Origin: an uncultured Deinococcales bacterium
Lineage (GTDB): Bacteria; Deinococcota; Deinococci; Deinococcales; JAAFIG01
Assembly (NCBI GenBank): GCA_964247135.1
Contig: CAXTTL010000084.1
Coordinates: 1 to 18,011, forward strand
DNA length: 18,011 nucleotides
Direction of reading: 5' to 3'
The stretch's first letter is position 1, and the number at the start of each line of letters is the position of its first letter. Positions 1-7,946 of the stretch are shown piece by piece. The position numbers and the translations under genes are program-made. A model generated the notes under the pieces. It saw only the letters and a program-made list of their open reading frames with translations, was not told the DNA's origin and did no database searches.

Positions 1-125
1 AGCGAGTATTCTTGTTTGCCCTGCGCAATTTCGGTGATGTCAACGCCGAGCGGACCCGCGACTTGGTTCAGGGCGGCACGGGTTTTGGAAAGTCCTTGTT
101 TTAATCTTTGAAACCAACTCATCAT
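1..125 (-). CDS. ftsY: Signal recognition particle receptor FtsY, N-terminal fragment (runs off the window start)
   Basis: My own translation from ATG at 125 (or 122): MMSWFQRLKQGLSKTRAALNQVAGPLGVDITEIAQGKQEYS. WFQRLKQGLSKTR matches the FtsY membrane-targeting helix. AGGAG lies just upstream. Not in the ORF track because it is truncated. Confidence 0.85.
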   Translation of the reverse strand, partial: MMSWFQRLKQGLSKTRAALNQVAGPLGVDITEIAQGKQEYS

Positions 126-164
126 CTGCTCCTGTGATTACCTTAACCCACGAAGAATCTCGAG

Positions 165-173
165 TGCTAAAAT
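165..173 (+). promoter_or_regulatory. Extended -10 element (TGc-TAAAAT) for the Uma2 gene
   Basis: TGCTAAAAT at 165-173, followed by GAGGAGG (184-190) and ATG at 196. Confidence 0.5.
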
Positions 174-195
174 GGATTCTATCGAGGAGGTATTC

Positions 196-741
196 ATGAC
201 CATTGCAACTCGAGCGACCATTGATGATTTGATGAATGTTCAAAGTAAAGCCGAACTGATTCAAGGAGAGATTGTTTTTATGGCACCCACAGGGGATTTT
301 CCAAGTTCGGCAGGTGGTGCAGTGTACTCGAGTTTGCGTGATTATGCCCGTAAAACAGGGTTAGGACGTGCGTATACCGATAATGTTGGTTATATCGTGA
401 GATTGCCGCATCGAGAATCCTTCAGCCCGGATTCTTCGTTTCATGTTGGCGAACGAAGCGGAATGCGGTTTCTCGAGGGTGCTCCCATTTTTGCGGTTGA
501 AGTCCGCAGCGAAAATGATTATGGCGACGCGGCGGAACGCAACATGGCGCAAAAACGAGCCGATTATTTTGCTTGTGGAACGTTGGTGGTCTGGGATGTG
601 GATTTGCTTGGAACGGACGTGATTCGTTCGTACCGTGCCGATGCACCCTATTCACCTCGGGTTTTTCGCAAAGATGAATTCGCCAATGCCGAACCCGCAT
701 TGCTTGACTGGACTTTTGCGGTGAACGAATTGTTTGAATGA
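196..741 (+). CDS. Uma2 (DUF820) family PD-(D/E)XK endonuclease-like protein
   Basis: Motifs KAELIQGEIVFMAP, FSPD, APIFAVEVRS, KRADYFACG..VVWDVD. Start moved from 172 to ATG 196 because of the GAGGAGG Shine-Dalgarno. Confidence 0.9.
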   Translation: MTIATRATIDDLMNVQSKAELIQGEIVFMAPTGDFPSSAGGAVYSSLRDYARKTGLGRAYTDNVGYIVRLPHRESFSPDSSFHVGERSGMRFLEGAPIFAVEVRSENDYGDAAERNMAQKRADYFACGTLVVWDVDLLGTDVIRSYRADAPYSPRVFRKDEFANAEPALLDWTFAVNELFE

Positions 742-824
742 TTTCTCGAGATTTCATACCTCTTCCATCCATGACCTTTAAGGTCTAGAATCGGAAAAGC
801 GCAATTGATGCGCGGGAGGTTTTC

Positions 825-1199
825 ATGGGATTATTTGACGGTGTTTTGGGTGGTATTCTCGGCGCGGGTGCAATTGCAGCGGTAACCAAATACGTCGGTG
901 ACCACGGCGGGTTGCAAGGTGTGGTTGACCAATTTTCCAAACAAGGTTTGGGCGGCACAATAAACTCTTGGATTGGCATGGGCGACAACGAACCCGTCAC
1001 CGCCGACCAGATTACGCAAGCTGTCGGTACGGACAAATTGCACGAAATGGCAAAAGAAGCCGGAGTCGAGCCTGCCGTGTTGGCTGGTCAACTTGCCGAG
1101 CATCTTCCAACAGCCATCGACAAGCTGACACCAACAGGTAAATTGCCTGATGTTGGCGCAGCCGTGTCGGCAGCCGTTCCAACAATGCCAAAAGTCTAA
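825..1199 (+). CDS. YidB / DUF937 family protein
   Basis: GGLQGVVDQFSKQGLG..INSWIG.G.N.PV...LAEHLPTAIDKLTPTGKLP pattern; GGGAGG RBS upstream. Confidence 0.9.
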   Translation: MGLFDGVLGGILGAGAIAAVTKYVGDHGGLQGVVDQFSKQGLGGTINSWIGMGDNEPVTADQITQAVGTDKLHEMAKEAGVEPAVLAGQLAEHLPTAIDKLTPTGKLPDVGAAVSAAVPTMPKV

Positions 1200-1217
1200 A
1201 GTTAAGCTCGAGAAACC

Positions 1218-1245
1218 AAAAAAAGCCCCATTGTTGGGGCTTTTT
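1218..1245. terminator. Bidirectional intrinsic terminator between convergent genes
   Basis: AAAAAGCCCCA-TTGT-TGGGGCTTTTT hairpin with an A tract on one side and a T tract on the other. Confidence 0.85.
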
Positions 1246-1259
1246 GTTGTGGAGCAGGC

Positions 1260-1478
1260 TTACAAGAAGTACATGGTTTTGACTTTTGAGAACATGGTCG
1301 GGATGGTGTCAAAGTTCAGAAAATTTGCATCTCCAGGAATAAAAACACTGACGGCAATCAATGCTGAAAAAAGCGTCCACAACGAACCCCACCACCAACC
1401 AATGATGCAAAAGTAGAGTATTCGCAGGATCAACGGGCGTTCGGGTTTGGTTACTGCAACTTGGGCGGTTTCGGTCAT
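1260..1478 (-). CDS. Small membrane protein, YccF-domain-like
   Basis: LRILYFCIIGWWWGSLW resembles the YccF repeat; hydrophobic segment; GAGGA RBS before ATG; ends at the bidirectional terminator. Confidence 0.65.
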   Translation of the reverse strand: MTETAQVAVTKPERPLILRILYFCIIGWWWGSLWTLFSALIAVSVFIPGDANFLNFDTIPTMFSKVKTMYFL

Positions 1479-1525
1479 GAATTCCTCAATTCGGGTGCTG
1501 GTTTTGGTGTCTCGAGCTTAACCTT

Positions 1526-1564
1526 AAAATGAAAAACGTGATGTTCAAAACACCTGAACATCAC
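1526..1564 (-). terminator. Probable intrinsic terminator of gltX
   Basis: Perfect 10-bp stem GTGATGTTCA (1538-1547) / TGAACATCAC (1555-1564), followed on the minus strand by GTTTTTCATTTT; 20 nt after the gltX stop. Confidence 0.65.
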
Positions 1565-1583
1565 CATCATCACCACTCGAGTT

Positions 1584-3008
1584 TTAATTGACTTGATTGC
1601 GAATTCGTTCCAGACACTTTTCTTTACCGAGCACGGTCAAGACTTCAAACATGCCTGGACTCTCGAGCCTGCCCGTGAGTGCCGCGCGAAGTGGCTGCAT
1701 GACTGCGCCCAATTTTGTACCAGTCTTCTCGGCATAACCCTTAAAAATTGGCTCGAGCGTCGCTTGATCCCAGGTTATTGCCGCCTCGAGTTGAGGCAGT
1801 AGAGCTTGTAAATGCTCCAGTCCCTCGAGCATTTTGGCGGCGGCTTTTTCCTCGAGTTCGATGTCTTTAAAAAAGTACGAGACTTTGGCGGGAAGCTCAG
1901 ACAACAAATTAAAACGCTCACGCAAAATCTGAACCACGCTCGAGACGTACTCATGGTTTGAAACGTCAAAGCCAGCCGAAACAAGAAATGGTTTTGCGCG
2001 ATCAACCAGCGTCTCGAGGCTTAAAACCTCACGAATGTACTTGCCGTTGAGCCAGGTCAGTTTCTCGAAATCAAAGACGCTGCCACCCAAACTGACCCGA
2101 TCCCAAGAAAAATACTCGATCATCTCAGAAACGCCAAAGATTTCTCGACCATCGGGCATACTCCAACCCATCATGCCCAAGTAATTTAAGAGGGCTTCGG
2201 GAATCAAACCTTTGGCTTTGTAGGAATCCACGCTGACATCGCCCTTGCGTTTGGAAAGTTTGGTTTTATCGGCGTTCAACAACCAAGGGGTATGAATCCA
2301 CTCGGGTTGCGTCCAACCAAAAGCCTCAAAAATTAAAATGTGAATTGGGGTACTGACCAACCACTCCTCAGCCCGAATGACATGCGTAATGCCCATGTCA
2401 TGATCGTCGCACATGGCTGCCAGATGGTACGTCGGAAAACCATCGGCTTTCAACAGCACTTTATCGTCCAGTTCGGCGTTCTTGAAGACCACATCGCCGC
2501 GCAAACGGTCTTTGACGATTGTTTCACCAGTCAACGGAACTTTTAAACGAATCGCAAATGGTTCACCATTGGCGGCTCGAGCATCGGATTCTGTGGCACT
2601 CAAATCACGGTCACGACGGTCATAACCCCGATACGAGTCTTTGCGGGCTTCAGAGGCTTTGCGGCGCTCATCGAGTTCGGCGGGTGTATCAAAAGCACGG
2701 TACGCCATTCCAGCTTTGAGCATTTGGTTTGCGTAAGCTTGGTGCTGTTCGGCGCGTTCGGTCTGAACATAAGGCGCACTTGGACCGCCTTTTTCTGGCG
2801 ATTCATCGGGTGGTAAACCCAACCACTCGAGCATCTCGAGAATTCGTTTTTGCGATTCTGGATTGAAACGCGCACGGTCTGTATCTTCGATGCGGACGAT
2901 AAAATGCCCAGCATTTTGCTTGGCAAAAACATAATTGTAAAGCGCCTGATACGCCGTTCCAACGTGAGGGTCGCCGGTCGGCGAAGGGGCAATGCGGGTC
3001 TTAATCAT
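1584..3008 (-). CDS. gltX: Glutamate--tRNA ligase
   Basis: TRIAPSPTGDPHVGT (HIGH), RIEDTD, PTYHLA, ITHVIRAEEW, KLSKR (KMSKS), C-terminal anticodon-binding domain PLRAALTG. Start set at ATG 3008; the upstream in-frame extension is REP sequence. Confidence 0.97.
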   Translation of the reverse strand: MIKTRIAPSPTGDPHVGTAYQALYNYVFAKQNAGHFIVRIEDTDRARFNPESQKRILEMLEWLGLPPDESPEKGGPSAPYVQTERAEQHQAYANQMLKAGMAYRAFDTPAELDERRKASEARKDSYRGYDRRDRDLSATESDARAANGEPFAIRLKVPLTGETIVKDRLRGDVVFKNAELDDKVLLKADGFPTYHLAAMCDDHDMGITHVIRAEEWLVSTPIHILIFEAFGWTQPEWIHTPWLLNADKTKLSKRKGDVSVDSYKAKGLIPEALLNYLGMMGWSMPDGREIFGVSEMIEYFSWDRVSLGGSVFDFEKLTWLNGKYIREVLSLETLVDRAKPFLVSAGFDVSNHEYVSSVVQILRERFNLLSELPAKVSYFFKDIELEEKAAAKMLEGLEHLQALLPQLEAAITWDQATLEPIFKGYAEKTGTKLGAVMQPLRAALTGRLESPGMFEVLTVLGKEKCLERIRNQVN

Positions 3009-3047
3009 GAAAAACCTCGAGAGGGGAGAAGTGAGCGCGAGCAGACG

Positions 3048-3106
3048 GTAGGGTGCGCCGTGCGCACCAAAAATTGTTGAACGTCGGTGCGCACGGCGCA
3101 CCCTAC
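3048..3106. repeat. REP doublet (REPIN): two inverted 21-nt GTAG-type REPs with a 17-nt spacer
   Basis: GTAGGGTGCGCCGTGCGCACC (3048-3068) and its exact reverse complement (3086-3106). Each unit is GTAG plus the hairpin GGTGCGC-CGT-GCGCACC. Confidence 0.85.
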
Positions 3107-3119
3107 GGAACAAGATTGG

Positions 3120-3125
3120 ATTCTA
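3120..3125 (-). promoter_or_regulatory. Candidate -10 box (TAGAAT) for gltX
   Basis: ATTCTA at 3120-3125 reads TAGAAT on the minus strand, just upstream of the REPIN. Confidence 0.45.
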
Positions 3126-3252
3126 CCTGTTTGACTCGTGTTCTCGAAACTCGAGCTTTGACAACAACGGATTCATGCTTGCAGTTTAACCTCGAGTTTC
3201 TGGTCTGGCATCCTTGAAATGGCGGATGCGATCACAAGTTAAACTTGAAACG

Positions 3253-4635
3253 ATGGCAACGTTACTGATCAAAAACGCAAAAACCCTGGCAACCATGAAC
3301 GCGCAAAAACTCGAGCTAGAAAACGCTGGTTTGTTCGCTCGAGACGGCGTGATTGAACAGGTCGCGCCGACCTCCGAACTGCCGAGCAGTGCCGATGTGG
3401 TGCTGGATTTAACCGACCATGTGGTGCTGCCTGGTTTGGTCAACACGCACCATCATTTTTACCAAACTTTGACTCGAGCCGTGATCGGCGCTCAAAATGC
3501 GAATTTGTTCAATTGGTTGAAAACTTTATACCCAATTTGGGCACGTTTGACACCTGAAGTCATGAGGGTTTCAACGCAACTTGCTTTGGCGGAACTCGCC
3601 CGTTCTGGATGCACCACCGCCAGCGACCACCATTATATTTTTCCAAACGGCTGCACCCTGGACGATCAAATTCTTGCCGCTCGAGAAATTGGTTTGCGGC
3701 TTCATGCGTCTCGAGGGTCGATGAGTCTGGGCGAATCCAAGGGAGGTTTACCGCCAGATCGCGTGGTCGAAAAAGAAGATTTTATTTTGCGCGATTCGCA
3801 ACGTTTGATCGAAACCTTTCACGATCCCAAACCTGGCGCGATGACCAGGGTTGTACTCGCACCGTGCTCGCCGTTCAGCGTCACAAGCGACCTGATGCGA
3901 GAAAGTGCCAGGATGGCTCGAGCTTTCGGTGTCATGCTGCACACGCACTTGGCAGAAACCAAAGACGAAGAACAATTCTGCCTCGCCCGATTTGGCAAAC
4001 GCCCCATTGCCCTCATGCAAGACTTCGAGTGGCTGGGCAGTGATGTCTGGTTTGCCCATGCCGTGCATGTCAATGACCTCGAGATTGCGCAATTTGCAAC
4101 GTGCGGTTGCGGCGTGGCGCACTGCCCGAGCAGCAACATGCGGCTCGCCAGCGGCATTGCCCCGCTCAGAAAGTATTTGAGTGGGGGCGTCAACGTTGGG
4201 CTTGGCGTCGATGGCAGCGCCAGCAATGACGGCTCGAGTCTGCTGCTCGAGGCTCGTCAAGCCATGTTGCTCTCGAGGCTCGAGATTGCCGAACAGGAAC
4301 GGCGCAATGAAGTTTTTAATCCGATTCAACTGACCGCTCGAGAAGCCTTGGAAGTCGCCACCATCGGCGGAGCGAAAGTTTTGGGACGCGACGACATTGG
4401 TTCGCTCGAGGTTGGCAAACGCGCCGATTTTTTTGCCGTCAACCTCAACCGCCTCGAGTTCGCGGGCGCATGGCACGACCCGATTGCCGCCGTGGTGTTT
4501 TGCGCCACACCAAAAGTTGATTTGACCGTGGTCGAAGGCAAAATCATTGTGCAAAATGGCGAATTGCTGACGCTCGAGACACGAGGTTTGATTGAAAGCC
4601 ACAACCGATTGGCGAAGGACTTGGTGAACGGTTGA
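3253..4635 (+). CDS. 8-oxoguanine deaminase-like amidohydrolase (AtzB/5'-methylthioadenosine-deaminase superfamily)
   Basis: PGLVNTHHHFYQ, LAPCSPFS, LHTHLAET, WFAHAVH, HCPSSNMRLASG, GLGVDGSASND. Start at ATG 3253, 7 nt after TAAACT (leaderless layout). Confidence 0.88.
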   Translation: MATLLIKNAKTLATMNAQKLELENAGLFARDGVIEQVAPTSELPSSADVVLDLTDHVVLPGLVNTHHHFYQTLTRAVIGAQNANLFNWLKTLYPIWARLTPEVMRVSTQLALAELARSGCTTASDHHYIFPNGCTLDDQILAAREIGLRLHASRGSMSLGESKGGLPPDRVVEKEDFILRDSQRLIETFHDPKPGAMTRVVLAPCSPFSVTSDLMRESARMARAFGVMLHTHLAETKDEEQFCLARFGKRPIALMQDFEWLGSDVWFAHAVHVNDLEIAQFATCGCGVAHCPSSNMRLASGIAPLRKYLSGGVNVGLGVDGSASNDGSSLLLEARQAMLLSRLEIAEQERRNEVFNPIQLTAREALEVATIGGAKVLGRDDIGSLEVGKRADFFAVNLNRLEFAGAWHDPIAAVVFCATPKVDLTVVEGKIIVQNGELLTLETRGLIESHNRLAKDLVNG

Positions 4636-4700
4636 AACTCGAGATATCGAGGCTCGAAGGGTAAAATTTGAGCAAAATTGGAGTTCGCAAAAACGGTTGC

Positions 4701-4760
4701 GTAGGGTGCGCCATGCGCACCGTTCAACACGCGATTGCTGGTGCATATCGTTCATCCTCC
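4701..4760. repeat. Second REPIN: one near-intact REP plus a degenerate partner
   Basis: GTAGGGTGCGCCATGCGCACC at 4701-4721 (20/21 identical to the first REP). Decayed inverted arm GGTGCATATCGTTCATCCTCC at 4740-4760 (14/21). The spacer shares GTTCAACA with the reverse complement of the first REPIN spacer. Confidence 0.75.
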
Positions 4761-4818
4761 TCGAGCCTGCCAACCTTGCCGCTAGCCGTACTCATCAAAA
4801 ACACGATACACTTTGTCC

Positions 4819-5502
4819 GTGATTCAGTTTCACCGCGTCAGCCTCGAATATCCCGTGACCAAAACCTTGGCGCTCGAGGATGTCAATCTTCACATCAAAA
4901 AGGGCGAGTTTGTGTACCTGACAGGTCATTCGGGTGCGGGCAAGTCGAGTTTTATGGGTTTGGTGATCAAATCGCTCAAACCGACCAAAGGGCAGGTGTA
5001 CGTGGCGGGTGATCCACTCGCCAAATTTAAGGCGGGTCGAATTGCGCAGCACCGTCGGCGCATTGGCATGGTGTTTCAAGACCATCAATTGCTCGATCAC
5101 CTGAGTGTTTTTGAAAATATTGTCTTCGCCCTCAGAATCACGGGTGCTCCCGCCAAAGAGTGGGAGGAGCGCACCATGCACGTCATGCGCATGGTCGGAC
5201 TCGAGCACAAGCGAAACTCCTTTCCGATTCAACTCTCGCAGGGCGAACGCCAACGGGTTGCCATCGCTCGAGCCATCGTGACCAACCCAGTGCTGCTGCT
5301 TGCCGACGAACCCACGGGCAACCTTGACCCCGATGTCAGTTGGGAAATCATGGCGCTCTTGGACGAAATCAACTTAAAAGGGACAACGGTTTTGGTGGCG
5401 ACCCACTCGAGGGAAATTGTGGACCGTCAACGCCGCCGCACCATTACCTTGCGCAAAGGCAAACTCGTGCGCGACGATCCGAACGGTGGGTATGCGATAT
5501 GA
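4819..5502 (+). CDS. ftsE: Cell division ATP-binding protein FtsE
   Basis: Walker A GHSGAGKS, IGMVFQD, LSQGERQRVAIARA, LLLADEPTGNLDP; followed by ftsX. GTG start at 4819 lies 6 nt after TACACT. Confidence 0.95.
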   Translation: MIQFHRVSLEYPVTKTLALEDVNLHIKKGEFVYLTGHSGAGKSSFMGLVIKSLKPTKGQVYVAGDPLAKFKAGRIAQHRRRIGMVFQDHQLLDHLSVFENIVFALRITGAPAKEWEERTMHVMRMVGLEHKRNSFPIQLSQGERQRVAIARAIVTNPVLLLADEPTGNLDPDVSWEIMALLDEINLKGTTVLVATHSREIVDRQRRRTITLRKGKLVRDDPNGGYAI

Positions 5503-5542
5503 GTTTGGTTTTTGAAGCTCGAGCATCGTGGGTTTGTAATTT

Positions 5543-5605
5543 TGAAGGCTTCAAGCTCCAAGCCATAAGCTCCAAGCTTAAAGCTTATCGCTTAGAGTTT
5601 AGATT
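5543..5605 (+). repeat. Degenerate 7-nt tandem repeat array (consensus about TYNAAGC)
   Basis: tgaaggc ttcaagc tccaagc cataagc tccaagc ttaaagc ttatcgc ttagagt ttagatt in the ftsE-ftsX gap. Confidence 0.6.
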
Positions 5606-5629
5606 TACCTTTTCAGGAGCAATTCAATA

Positions 5630-6523
5630 ATGCTGTATCACATCAGGCAATCTTGGATGGCGCTCCGTGCCAACCTCACGGCGGGACTTGCCACGTTGAC
5701 CACCATGACCGTCACCCTGACCATGCTGGCACTCGTGACGCTGGTGGCACTCAACCTCGAGAACATTGTGCGCACCATCGAACGCGATGTGCAAATCACG
5801 GCGTTTCTCGAGAACACCAAAACCCCAGCCCAAGCCGAGGCATTGTCCGAAGCGGTTTTGATGGCGTTGCAGGACAAAACCAAATTTCCGGTGCTCGAGA
5901 GTGCCAAGTTTGTGCCCAAAGTGGAAGCCTACGCGAATTTGGCGATTGATTTTCCGTCGCTGGCAGACGCAACCTCGTTGGTAGAGAACCCTCTCAGTGA
6001 CCGCGTGGTGATCAAACTGACCAGTCCGACCAATCTGGTCAGCACCGCCGCCAACGTCAAAGCGATTGTCGGCGTGAAAGATGTCGAGTACGGCTCTGAC
6101 TTCGCGCAAAAAGTCATCAATGCGATCTCGAGCGTGCGCTGGTTTGGGATTGGACTCGAGGTGCTGCTGCTCTTGAACAGCTTATTCAACATCCTCAACA
6201 CCATTCGGGTTGCCATGTACGCCCGCCGCGACGAGATCAACGTCATGCGGCTGATCGGTGCGACCAGGGGATTTATCCGACTGCCTTACGTGCTCGAGGG
6301 TGTGGGTCTGGGCTTGCTGGCAAGTTTGTTTACGCTCGTCATCGTGTATCCTGCCTATACCAGTGCGGTTGGTCAACTCAGAACGCTCGTGCCGTTTCTG
6401 GCACTTATTGAAGACAATGTGACCGTGTTGCAAGTGCTGGCGCTGATTACGCTTTTGGGTGTGAGTTTGGGATTATTGGGCAGTTTGTGGGCAACCAACC
6501 GTTACCTGCGTGAAGTCGAATAG
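5630..6523 (+). CDS. ftsX: Cell division permease FtsX
   Basis: Four-TM layout, ENPLSD, NTIRVAMYARRDEINVMRLIGATRGFIRLPYVLEG; AGGAG RBS; follows ftsE. Confidence 0.95.
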   Translation: MLYHIRQSWMALRANLTAGLATLTTMTVTLTMLALVTLVALNLENIVRTIERDVQITAFLENTKTPAQAEALSEAVLMALQDKTKFPVLESAKFVPKVEAYANLAIDFPSLADATSLVENPLSDRVVIKLTSPTNLVSTAANVKAIVGVKDVEYGSDFAQKVINAISSVRWFGIGLEVLLLLNSLFNILNTIRVAMYARRDEINVMRLIGATRGFIRLPYVLEGVGLGLLASLFTLVIVYPAYTSAVGQLRTLVPFLALIEDNVTVLQVLALITLLGVSLGLLGSLWATNRYLREVE

Positions 6524-6533
6524 AGGAGACAAC

Positions 6534-7934
6534 ATGACCAAACATCTGGGTGTGATTTTTGTATTGCTGATCTCGAGCCTCTTGACCGTATCACTCGGGC
6601 AGGACACGACCAAACTGCGCGGCTTGGAACAAAATGTGCAATCGCTCGAGCAGAACCTGCAAACCGCCAAAGCCATTCGGGCGCAACAGGCGGCTCGAGC
6701 CTCGGCACTTGAAGCGGAACTGCGAAATTTGGGTGGGCAGGAATCCAAACTGAGCAGCCAAGTTAGGAAGTTAAACGACACGCTGAACAAACTCGAGCTT
6801 GATCGTTTGGCACTCATTCAAGCCATTGACAAAAATCAGAAAGCCTCGAGCAGCCTGCTGGCGCAAATTGCCAAACTCAACCAAACCGTCAGCGACCAGA
6901 AAAAAGCGGTGCAAGAATTGATCGTCAGCATCGACCGCGAACGAAGCTCGAGGTACGTGAAATTGCTGGCGCGGGCGGATAATATTTACGATCTGGCGGT
7001 CAAATCCAAAGACTTAAACATGATTGGGCAGAACAATCTTGATGTGATCGATGCTTTAAAGAAAAGTATTTCTGAGCGCGAACAAAAAAACCTCGAGTTG
7101 CAAAATGTAATCGCGCAACTGAACGCCAACCAGCGCTTTCTCGAGACCAAAAAAGACGCCATCACCCGCAATAGGGGGCAACTGAACGCCAGCATCGCGC
7201 AGTTGCGGCGTACAGCCCAAGGGCGCAAGGTCGTGCTGCTCGAGACGGTCAAAGCGCGGCAACGCAGCGATGCCAGCATTGGCAGCATTTTGAACACGGT
7301 CTTCAGGCAACGCCAGGCGTTAAAGCAGGAACGCGCCAGAATCCTCGAGATTCGGCGTCAGGCTGCGTTGGTTGCCGCCAGAAAAGCGGCTATTGAGCGT
7401 GAACGAATACGGCAAGAGAACACACGAATTGCCAGGATCAGATCGCAAAAAGCCCGAGCGGCAGCCTTGGCGCAAGAGCAAATTCGTCAACAGCAAGCCG
7501 CACAGCAAGCCGCGAATGCTCAGAGCAATTTACCGAGTGTGCCAGTTGCGCAGATTGATTTACCTGCCAGTGTTGGGCGTTTAAGCCAACCAATTCCAGG
7601 TGGAAGAATCACCGCCAATTTCGGGCAGCAAGGCGAATACATGGCAATTCAAGCGGATCAACAAGGGGCTGGAGTCTATGCGGCGGCAGATGGTCAAGTT
7701 GCACAGGTGAGACTCGTGCAAGCCAATTCAGGTTATACGATCATCATTGCCCACACCGACAGTATTTGGACAGTTTATTCAAATATGCAAGACCCACCCG
7801 TTGAACTCGGACAGGTCATCAAGCGAGGACAGTTTATTGGCTATGTCGGCGGTGGCGCGATCAACCCTGCCGATCAACTTCAATTTGCGGTTGCTGTGAA
7901 CGGTGTGCCAGTCGATCCACGCCCGTATTTTTAA
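6534..7934 (+). CDS. EnvC-like murein hydrolase activator (signal peptide, long coiled coil, degenerate M23/LytM domain)
   Basis: Follows ftsEX; AGAGGAG RBS before ATG 6534. The C-terminal M23 fold (VYAAADGQV, GQFIGYVG, VDPRPY) lacks the Zn ligands (YMAIQA, YSNM and DQLQF in place of HxxxD, YxH and HLH), as in EnvC. Confidence 0.85.
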   Translation: MTKHLGVIFVLLISSLLTVSLGQDTTKLRGLEQNVQSLEQNLQTAKAIRAQQAARASALEAELRNLGGQESKLSSQVRKLNDTLNKLELDRLALIQAIDKNQKASSSLLAQIAKLNQTVSDQKKAVQELIVSIDRERSSRYVKLLARADNIYDLAVKSKDLNMIGQNNLDVIDALKKSISEREQKNLELQNVIAQLNANQRFLETKKDAITRNRGQLNASIAQLRRTAQGRKVVLLETVKARQRSDASIGSILNTVFRQRQALKQERARILEIRRQAALVAARKAAIERERIRQENTRIARIRSQKARAAALAQEQIRQQQAAQQAANAQSNLPSVPVAQIDLPASVGRLSQPIPGGRITANFGQQGEYMAIQADQQGAGVYAAADGQVAQVRLVQANSGYTIIIAHTDSIWTVYSNMQDPPVELGQVIKRGQFIGYVGGGAINPADQLQFAVAVNGVPVDPRPYF

Positions 7935-7946
7935 GCCCCTCGAGCC

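Noticed and set aside
196-741. Uma2 nuclease as the enzyme responsible for the CTCGAG pattern
   Set aside because: No methyltransferase is adjacent, Uma2 proteins are widespread multi-copy genes, and nothing in the sequence links this one to the motif.
1559-1581. His6 codons abutting an XhoI site, suggesting a cloning-vector tag
   Set aside because: No vector sequence nearby, it is not fused to any gene, and CTCGAG is everywhere in this DNA.
3009-3113. 35-residue N-terminal extension of GltX in the ORF track
   Set aside because: It is translated REP sequence (GAHGAPY); family homology begins at ATG 3008, which has its own Shine-Dalgarno.
3748-4773. 341-aa antisense ORF, and similar shadow ORFs at 8157-8897, 9061-9786, 15344-16018 and 16454-17023
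   Set aside because: They lie opposite well-supported genes and have no recognisable motifs; long antisense frames are expected from this codon usage.
7560-7934. M23 domain lacking catalytic His/Asp as a sign of pseudogenisation
   Set aside because: Loss of the Zn ligands is normal for EnvC-type amidase activators encoded next to ftsEX.
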